From Sulfurihydrogenibium sp. (GTDB taxonomy: Bacteria > Aquificota > Aquificia > Aquificales > Hydrogenothermaceae): a stretch of DNA of 12,065 bases. The stretch lies in NCBI GenBank assembly GCA_037442825.1, contig JBBIPN010000040.1, forward strand, positions 1 through 12,065, given 5' to 3'. The position numbers and the translations under genes are program-made. Within the stretch, counting starts at the first letter, position 1. Every line of letters starts with the position of its first letter. The notes under the pieces were generated by a model. It did not search any database and was not told the origin of the DNA. It was given only the letters and a program-made list of their open reading frames with translations. Shown here piece by piece: positions 1-5,716 of the stretch.

Positions 1-166
1 TAAAATCAACTTTTTGTTCTTCTAATCTTTTAAATCTCATAAGTAGCGGTATATATGTCTCTGTTATAGCTTCGAAAAGCCAGTGTTCTTCTAAAAAGTA
101 TTCATACTCTGGATGTTTTATAAATGGTAAATGAGAATGAAGAACAGGCATCCAATAACCTTTCAT
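1..166 (-). CDS. Glycoside hydrolase family 57 (DUF1957-type) 1,4-alpha-glucan branching enzyme, N-terminal part; runs off the left edge
   Basis: Not in the ORF track. Manual translation from ATG at 166 gives MKGYWMPVLHSHLPFIKHPEYEYFLEEHWLFEAITETYIPLLMRFKRLEEQKVDF, with the GH57 branching-enzyme motifs HxHLP and EExWLxEAIxETYIP. SD-like GGGGGA lies at 174-179 on the minus strand. Confidence 0.9.
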   Translation of the reverse strand, partial: MKGYWMPVLHSHLPFIKHPEYEYFLEEHWLFEAITETYIPLLMRFKRLEEQKVDF

Positions 167-280
167 AATAGGTTCCCCCAAAGATTTTAGGAATTATTAT
201 ATATTAAAGTTTTAATTTAAGTATAGACTACATTTTGAAAGTAAATGATACTTTAGATGAGATTGATACTATTAAATAGT

Positions 281-308
281 AAGGAGGGTACATACCCTCC
301 TTTTATTT
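281..308. terminator. Intrinsic terminator-like hairpin downstream of the repeat lipoprotein gene, possibly bidirectional
   Basis: AAGGAGGGT(281-289)-ACAT-ACCCTCCTT(294-302) is a perfect 9-bp stem. The tail is TTTTATTT on + and TTACTATTT on -. It lies about 20 nt after the lipoprotein stop codon. Confidence 0.7.
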
Positions 309-320
309 GTAGAAAAATAA

Positions 321-566
321 TTACTTGTTTCCTGCTGGAGCAGCTTGTTGCTCAGCTGGAGCAGCTTGTTGTTCTGCTGGAGCAGCTTGTTGTTCTGCTG
401 GAGCAGCTTGTTGTTCTGCTGGAGCAGCTTGTTGCTCAGCTGGAGCAGCTTGTTGTTCTGCTGGAGCAGCTTGTTGCTCAGCTGGTTGTTCTTCCTTCTT
501 TTGGCAGCTGAAGAGTAAAGATGCTGATAATACAGCTGCTACAGTTCCAAGTACTAACTTTTTCAT
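321..566 (-). CDS. Small Ala/Pro/Gln-rich repeat lipoprotein (81 aa)
   Basis: MKK + hydrophobic stretch + lipobox LLFS-C21, then QKKEE, 7x (A/Q)PAEQQA and APAGNK. Strong SD AAGGAGGT at 574-581 on the minus strand. It has its own promoter and terminator. Confidence 0.88.
   Translation of the reverse strand: MKKLVLGTVAAVLSASLLFSCQKKEEQPAEQQAAPAEQQAAPAEQQAAPAEQQAAPAEQQAAPAEQQAAPAEQQAAPAGNK
334..485. repeat. 21-bp coding tandem repeat, 7 full units plus a partial unit
   Basis: Units GCTGGAGCAGCTTGTTGCTCA (A) and GCTGGAGCAGCTTGTTGTTCT (B) start at 334, 355, 376, 397, 418, 439 and 460, in the order A-B-B-B-A-B-A on +. There are no spacers. Confidence 0.98.
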
Positions 567-603
567 TTAACTAACCTCCTTAAAATTTAAATTTCATTTT
601 ATA

Positions 604-612
604 ATTTTAGCA
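604..612 (-). promoter_or_regulatory. Putative extended -10 promoter (TGcTAAAAT) of the lipoprotein gene
   Basis: The reverse complement of ATTTTAGCA is TGCTAAAAT, about 38 nt upstream of the ATG at 566. The AT-rich background lowers certainty. Confidence 0.5.
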
Positions 613-642
613 CAAATAGATAGAAAAATAAATTACAAAATT

Positions 643-1245
643 TTAATTTTTAATGCCCTTTCTTTTTTTCTTTTCTTCGTACATTCTTTTATCAGCAATT
701 TCTATTAACGTTTCAATTAATTCTTGAGTTTGTATATTAATATCTTGTATATCATCAGGAAATATTGAGACTCCATAACTAAAAGATAGGTTAAACTTTT
801 TGAAATTTTCTTCTATTTTATTTCTTACATTATTAATTTTTTCTATAGGATTTTTGTTGGCTTCAAATAATACAATAAATTCATCACCACCATATCTTGC
901 TATTATATCATACTTCCTAAAATTTTCAGTTAATATTTTTGCTACTTTTTTTAAAATATCATCACCTTTACTATGTCCATATATATCGTTAATCGGTTTA
1001 AAATTATCAAGGTCAATAAATATAAGAAAGAGTTTATAATTTTTGACTCTTCTTAATTTTTCAATTAATGTTGTCAAGTATTCTTCAAGATAATGTCTAT
1101 TATATAATCCTGTAAGATCATCTTTAACAGCCATTAAATAGGTGTTTTTAAGTTTCTCTTCTTTTAGATATAAAAAATAGTCATACTTTTTTGTAACCTC
1201 TTCTAAAAGGTTTTGAAGTAGTTTTATTTTTATCTCTTCTCTCAT
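643..1245 (-). CDS. Diguanylate cyclase (GGDEF domain) with a short N-terminal helical segment
   Basis: Motifs DDLTGLYNR, FIDLDNFKPINDIYGHSKGD, ARYGGDEF, SYGVS and ADKRMY. The inhibitory-site RxxD (RKYD) lies five residues before GGDEF. Confidence 0.95.
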   Translation of the reverse strand: MREEIKIKLLQNLLEEVTKKYDYFLYLKEEKLKNTYLMAVKDDLTGLYNRHYLEEYLTTLIEKLRRVKNYKLFLIFIDLDNFKPINDIYGHSKGDDILKKVAKILTENFRKYDIIARYGGDEFIVLFEANKNPIEKINNVRNKIEENFKKFNLSFSYGVSIFPDDIQDINIQTQELIETLIEIADKRMYEEKKKRKGIKN

Positions 1246-2369
1246 TTTTCCCTCATTGCTAATAAAAGAGATGTTTCGTTATAAAATTTTAATTTTCTAA
1301 ATTTCTTATCTGGTCCTATCTCTCCAAATGTAAAAAATCCAAAAAGATAACTATTTAAAATTGAAGTATAAATTTCTACTTCTTCTTTTTGTCTATCTTC
1401 TAATACATACTGTCTTGCTATACAGGAAAAATCGAATACAATATCACTGTATCCTATATTTTCTCTAACTTTTTCTGCAGTTTTTAAATTTTCCTTTAAA
1501 AGTTCTTCAGCTGTAGCAAAAGATAGTTTAAAATGCTGACCTTCCTTTATTGGACCAAAAAACTCTACATAATCTTTTTCAATATTCTTAAAAGTTCTAA
1601 GAGTTGCTACATATCCTTCTTCATCATCGATGATGTAAATAGGAATGTACCATAAGTATCTTGTATCAAAATTATCTAAGCTTTTCATAAAAGATTGTGT
1701 AAGATAGCTAAAATTTCTATTATCATCTACTAAGTAGAGTTTATAACCTTCAGCTTTTTTAACTTTATATGTAATGCCGTAAGGTTTAAATCCAAGTGCT
1801 ATATCTATAGTAAAATCTACATTTGAAAATGTTGTAATTACAAACCCACTTTTTATGATTTTTGAATCAACAAATTGGAAAGTAACACCTTTGTATCCAG
1901 AAGATAAACCTCCTATTATATTATTTACTGGTTGATAGTTTATAAGTTGAGATAATTCTTCTATAAATGTTCCAAACTTTTTTCTATTACCTAATCCTCC
2001 TATGATAATATGGACTTTATCTTGATTTGAGTTTAAATAGTTTGCAGTTTTTACAGCAGCATCATCTTCATCAATATCTTCTAAATAAAAGGTTTCTATT
2101 TTTCCCTTTCTCTCAAATTTTATAACAGCTGTAGAAATTCCATTTACTATTTCGTCATTAACAAAAGAGTCAATAGTATGGAATCCTATATATTTTTCTG
2201 TATTGAAAACTTTTTTTATGTAGTAGTTTATATCATGGTATGGATATTTTGGAGATATAGCAAACATTAGAAAATCGTAACTATTAAAATTTTTATCTAT
2301 CTGATTTTTTATATCTTCTAATGCATAAAGTAAAACTTCTTTTTGGCTTTGAAATACTTTTATTTTCAT
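1242..2369 (-). CDS. Stand-alone FIST (FIST_N + FIST_C) sensor protein, NosP-like family
   Basis: 375 aa with FIST motifs IIGGLSS, ALGFKPYG, FSCIAR and GFFTFGEIG...FYNET. No transmembrane segment is obvious. It overlaps the GGDEF gene by ATGA. Confidence 0.85.
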   Translation of the reverse strand: MKIKVFQSQKEVLLYALEDIKNQIDKNFNSYDFLMFAISPKYPYHDINYYIKKVFNTEKYIGFHTIDSFVNDEIVNGISTAVIKFERKGKIETFYLEDIDEDDAAVKTANYLNSNQDKVHIIIGGLGNRKKFGTFIEELSQLINYQPVNNIIGGLSSGYKGVTFQFVDSKIIKSGFVITTFSNVDFTIDIALGFKPYGITYKVKKAEGYKLYLVDDNRNFSYLTQSFMKSLDNFDTRYLWYIPIYIIDDEEGYVATLRTFKNIEKDYVEFFGPIKEGQHFKLSFATAEELLKENLKTAEKVRENIGYSDIVFDFSCIARQYVLEDRQKEEVEIYTSILNSYLFGFFTFGEIGPDKKFRKLKFYNETSLLLAMREK

Positions 2370-2412
2370 ATTATTTTACCTGTTTTTATTACCATCGTTA
2401 TTAAATAAAGAT

Positions 2413-2455
2413 AATATTATAATATTTTCCATAAAATAGAATATTATAATATTTT
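2413..2455. repeat. Two copies of the palindrome AATATTATAATATT (direct repeat AATATTATAATATTTT), possible operator or promoter
   Basis: Identical 16-mers at 2413-2428 and 2440-2455, 27 bp apart, in the divergent FIST/tRNA intergenic region. Confidence 0.6.
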
Positions 2456-2492
2456 TTATCTGATTTTTCAATATATGTATAAGTCTATCTAC

Positions 2493-2520
2493 TTGAAACA
2501 AACTAAAAGTGTGCTATAAT
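2493..2520 (+). promoter_or_regulatory. Sigma70-type promoter for tRNA-Ser/ffs
   Basis: TTGAAA (2493-2498), a 16-bp spacer, and extended -10 TGcTATAAT (TATAAT at 2515-2520), ending 12 nt before the tRNA. Confidence 0.8.
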
Positions 2521-2532
2521 AAATTACCACTT

Positions 2533-2622
2533 GGATGGGTGTCCGAGTGGCCGAAGGAGCAGCACTGGAAATGCTGTGTACGGATAATCTCCGTACCGCG
2601 GGTTCGAATCCCGCCCCATCCG
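2533..2622 (+). tRNA. tRNA-Ser (anticodon GGA); CCA not encoded
   Basis: Acceptor stem GGATGGG/CCCATCC with discriminator G; D arm TCCGAGTGGCCGAAGGA; anticodon arm CAGCA-CTGGAAA-TGCTG; long variable arm GTACGGA...TCCGTAC; T arm GCGGG-TTCGAAT-CCCGC. Confidence 0.97.
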
Positions 2623-2645
2623 CTGCCAAAGTATAGATTTAAAAT

Positions 2646-2737
2646 CCGGGACCCTCCGGATAGAAGATGGTGAACCTCCCCAGGTCCGGAAGGAAGCAAG
2701 GATAAGCCAAACCTTCTATGCCGGAGTGGTATCCCGG
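2646..2737 (+). ncRNA. ffs: Signal recognition particle RNA, small bacterial type (4.5S)
   Basis: Conserved helix-8 motif CAGGTCCGGAAGGAAGCA with a GGAA tetraloop, inside a long hairpin (CCGGGA/TCCCGG, CTCCGG/CCGGAG, ATAGAAG/CTTCTAT). It is a GC-rich island next to tRNA-Ser. Confidence 0.93.
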
Positions 2738-2760
2738 TTAATATAAATTTTTTAAACCAG

Positions 2761-2795
2761 ATCTTAATAAAATCTTAACAAAGTACATCTAAAAT
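2761..2795 (+). promoter_or_regulatory. Putative Pho box (OmpR/PhoB-type 11-bp tandem repeat) and -10 element
   Basis: ATCTTAATAAA (2761-2771) and ATCTTAACAAA (2772-2782) match at 10 of 11 positions, followed by TAAAAT at 2790-2795. The site is directly upstream of the psiE-like and phoB-like genes. Confidence 0.6.
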
Positions 2796-2802
2796 TTTAT
2801 CT

Positions 2803-3209
2803 ATGGAAAATTTATTAAGATTCAAAATTTTAGAGAACGCTATTTTTATATGTATGTTGATATTAGAATTTATTCTTTCTCTTGGATTAGTTTTATATAT
2901 GATAAAAATTTGGATTGATTTTTATGAGAACTATAAAAATATAAACAGTTTGATAAAATATTTAATAAATGATGCACTTTCAATGTTTATTTTACTGGAG
3001 ATTATATAAATGATTTTATGTATCATAAAAGAGTAAGAATCTCTTTAATATTAGATGTGTCTATCATAATTCTGTTAAGAGAATTGGTTTTAGGAATCTA
3101 TCAACATACTATTTCAGAAAGTTTTTCTTTAATTTTAACAGGGATTGTTTTTGTCCTTGTCATAGGAAGAATATTTGCAATAAAATATTCACCAACCAAG
3201 TATATTTAA
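2803..3209 (+). pseudogene. PsiE-family (phosphate-starvation-inducible) membrane protein, split by a frameshift
   Basis: ORF 2803-3009 ends ...INDALSMFILLEII-stop. The -1 frame reads INDFMYHKRVRISLILDVSIIILLRELV from 3006 through to 3209. Together the halves form a roughly 135-aa, four-TM PsiE-like protein with the LE...R...RE pattern. Confidence 0.75.
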
Positions 3210-3231
3210 ATGAAAAAAGGAGATGTAAAAG

Positions 3232-3912
3232 ATGCCACTAATTTATGTTATAGAAGATGATGAAGATATAAATGAGCTGCTTTCTTATAATTTTAGAAAA
3301 GAAGGGTTTGATGTTAGATCTTTTCCTAATGGAAAATTGGCTTTTGAACATTTAAAGGAAGAAAGACCAGATGTAGTGGTTTTAGATTTAATGATGCCGG
3401 AGATAGATGGACTTGAGTTTTGCAAACTTGTAAGATCAGATAAAGAATTTGAAAACATACCTCTTATAATGCTTACAGCAAAAAGCACAGAGATAGATAA
3501 AATTGTTGGTTTAGAGCTTGGAGCAGATGATTATGTAACTAAACCTTTTTCTTTTAGAGAATTACTTGCAAGAGTAAAGGCTGTCTTGAGAAGGTCAAAG
3601 CTATCAGAAAGTGGAAGTTCTTCTGTTGTAAAAATAGGAGATTTAGTTATTAAACCTGATAAATTTCAAGTTTTTTTAGAAGGTAAACCAGTATATTTAA
3701 CGACAACTCAGTTTAAGCTTTTAATGGCACTAATATCTGCAGAAGGTAAAGTTTTATCAAGAGATTATATATTGGATAATGTTTGGGGTTGGGAAAAAGA
3801 TGTTTACGATAGAACTATAGATGTTCACATTAAGAAACTAAGAGAAGCTTTAGGAAAATATGGAAGTTGTATAAAAACAGTTAGAGGAGTAGGTTATAAG
3901 TGGGAATGTTAA
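3232..3912 (+). CDS. phoB: OmpR/PhoB-family response regulator, most like PhoB/PhoP
   Basis: Receiver motifs EDD, LDLMMP, IMLTAK and GADDYVTKPFS; winged-helix motifs RTIDVHIKKLR and IKTVRGVGY; SD AAGGAG. The phoB symbol rests on similarity as I recall it and on the psiE context. Confidence 0.85.
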   Translation: MPLIYVIEDDEDINELLSYNFRKEGFDVRSFPNGKLAFEHLKEERPDVVVLDLMMPEIDGLEFCKLVRSDKEFENIPLIMLTAKSTEIDKIVGLELGADDYVTKPFSFRELLARVKAVLRRSKLSESGSSSVVKIGDLVIKPDKFQVFLEGKPVYLTTTQFKLLMALISAEGKVLSRDYILDNVWGWEKDVYDRTIDVHIKKLREALGKYGSCIKTVRGVGYKWEC

Positions 3913-3928
3913 CCTACTCCAGGATAGT

Positions 3929-4423
3929 TTACATTTGAGGTTTTAGGCTTTCTTTATCAAAATGATTTGAAGTTTTTTCTAAAATACTTTTCATTTCATC
4001 AGAAACCTGTCTTAAAAATGCTTTGAACCTTATATCGCTAATACCTAAATGGCTTGCAGCAGTTTCTACATCTTCAACTATAATTTTGATATTATTTTTA
4101 TCTTGGTATATGGATATTCTACATGGTATTAATACACTTATAACTTCTCTATTAAACTTAATACCTTCTGTAAGATAATCTGACCTACATAAAAGGTATG
4201 TTTTATGGGGAGTTTTTGATTTTATTGTTTTATCAACATTTATTGTATGGATTATTCCCCATTTATGATTTTGTATCTCTTGTTGTAAGACAGCATTAAC
4301 TTTTTCAAAATTTCCGTTTTTAATTATTACCTGATAGTACCCTTTCTCAAATTTAACTTCTCCACTGATTGCAAAATTTAATAAAATTAGTGGAATAAGT
4401 AGAGCAAATAAAAACTTTTTCAT
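3929..4423 (-). CDS. DUF302-family protein with an N-terminal signal peptide
   Basis: Signal-like MKKFLFALLIPLILLNFAIS; DUF302 pattern LLC...SVLIPCRISIYQ; SD AAGGAGG at about 4432-4438. Confidence 0.75.
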   Translation of the reverse strand: MKKFLFALLIPLILLNFAISGEVKFEKGYYQVIIKNGNFEKVNAVLQQEIQNHKWGIIHTINVDKTIKSKTPHKTYLLCRSDYLTEGIKFNREVISVLIPCRISIYQDKNNIKIIVEDVETAASHLGISDIRFKAFLRQVSDEMKSILEKTSNHFDKESLKPQM

Positions 4424-4530
4424 AACAAATCCTCCTTTTTTAATTTTTAATATGATTATTATATATTATATAATTATATTAACAAGGATTTTTATCATTA
4501 GATATATTAAGATATTTTTTTATTATATTT

Positions 4531-5106
4531 TTATGTATTTTTTATGAAAAAATATAAAATCCTTTGAAAAGCTGTAATGTTGGAACCGATGGCTACTATA
4601 ACTAATGAGTAAAAAATATATCCAGATAATAGTCCTATTATTAAAAAGAAGGACCTCTCTGGTCTTTCAAATATACCAACTTTACACTCAAAACCAAGTC
4701 CTTCACATCTTGCTCTTGTATAACTTGTCATAAATGAACCAATGATTGATAAAATAGCTACAGAAAAAAATATATCATCGTTTTTATTCATATAAAGTAA
4801 TGCAAAAATTGGTAATACATCAGAGTATCTATCTATTACAGAATCAAGGAATGCACCAAATTTAGAAATTAAATTGTATTTTCTAGCAAGATATCCATCA
4901 AGAGAATCTATAAGATTACCAATTAGAATAAAAAATCCAGCTATAAATAGATTATTTTGCAAGATATAAAAACTACCTATTAAAATGAATACTAATCCAA
5001 AAAACGTTAAAACATTAGGTTTTATATTTAGACGGTAAAAAAGATCAACAATAAAACTTGTTTTTTTTTCCCACATAGGTTTTAAATTTTTAACTATCTG
5101 ACTCAT
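4531..5106 (-). CDS. CDP-alcohol phosphatidyltransferase, PI-phosphate/archaetidylinositol-phosphate synthase-like
   Basis: PNVLT; signature DSLDGYLAR...GAFLDSVIDRYSD; SYTRAR and ERPER; multiple TM helices. Confidence 0.9.
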   Translation of the reverse strand: MSQIVKNLKPMWEKKTSFIVDLFYRLNIKPNVLTFFGLVFILIGSFYILQNNLFIAGFFILIGNLIDSLDGYLARKYNLISKFGAFLDSVIDRYSDVLPIFALLYMNKNDDIFFSVAILSIIGSFMTSYTRARCEGLGFECKVGIFERPERSFFLIIGLLSGYIFYSLVIVAIGSNITAFQRILYFFIKNT

Positions 5107-5716
5107 AACTTCTAACTTTTCCTATGAATTTTTTCACTTTTTCTATATTTTTTATCCCTGGCTCTTTCTCTAATTTTGATGAAGCATCGACGCCATAAGG
5201 TTTTATATGCTTTAAAACTTTATCTATATTTTCTTCCGATAATCCTCCTGATATTATAACTTTATCATAAATATCTAAAATTTTTTTTACTGTTTCTAAT
5301 TTTTGCATTTCCCCTGTCCCCCCATACATTCCTTCTTTATAGGTATCTATTAATATAGGAATATTTTCTTTAATATAAGGTGAGATATTACTAATATCTA
5401 AATCATCTTTAATTCTTAGAGCTTTTATAACCTTTTCTTTTGGAAAGTTTTTTATAAAATCAATATCTTCATCACCATGAAACTGAACAAAATCTGCAAC
5501 TTCTAAGTATTTTTCTGCTTCTTCCTTTGTAGGATTTACCACTACAACTACAAGCTTTGTTTTTCCATTAATAGTTTCTTTTATCTTTTTGATAGTTTCA
5601 AAATTTACATATCTTGGGCTTTTTTTATATGTTATAACACCTATATAATCAGCACCTAATTTACTTATTTCTTTTGCCTGTATTGGGTTTGTTATACCAC
5701 AGATTTTTATTATCAT
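5090..5716 (-). CDS. trpF: Phosphoribosylanthranilate isomerase
   Basis: Motifs IKICGIT, KSPRYV, VQFHGDE, YGGTG, SGGLSEEN and GVDASSKLE..PGIK. Confidence 0.95.
   Translation of the reverse strand: MIIKICGITNPIQAKEISKLGADYIGVITYKKSPRYVNFETIKKIKETINGKTKLVVVVVNPTKEEAEKYLEVADFVQFHGDEDIDFIKNFPKEKVIKALRIKDDLDISNISPYIKENIPILIDTYKEGMYGGTGEMQKLETVKKILDIYDKVIISGGLSEENIDKVLKHIKPYGVDASSKLEKEPGIKNIEKVKKFIGKVRSYESDS

Noticed and set aside
334..485. Possible CRISPR array
   Set aside because: The units are contiguous with no unique spacers, are a multiple of 3 inside a lipoprotein ORF, and no cas genes are present.
257..570. Plus-strand ORFs 257..511 (LLEQLVV leucine-zipper-like heptads) and 325..570 (AGAACCS Cys-rich, metallothionein- or RiPP-like)
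   Set aside because: They are antisense shadows of a stop-free repeat. Only the minus frame has a signal peptide, lipobox and well-placed strong SD, and no modifying enzymes are nearby.
800..1039. Plus-strand hydrophobic 79-aa ORF
   Set aside because: It is antisense to the well-supported GGDEF gene; the hydrophobicity reflects complementary Lys/Glu/Asn codons.
2514..2699. 61-aa minus-strand ORF
   Set aside because: It is antisense to tRNA-Ser and SRP RNA and is open only because that sequence is GC-rich.
3285..3488. Minus-strand 67-aa ORF
   Set aside because: It is an antisense shadow of the response regulator.
3910..3930. Terminator between the convergent phoB and DUF302 genes
   Set aside because: There is only a weak, imperfect stem and no U-tract.
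2600..4530. Genomic island integrated at tRNA-Ser or ffs
   Set aside because: I found no integrase, no duplicated tRNA 3' end and no obvious compositional shift.
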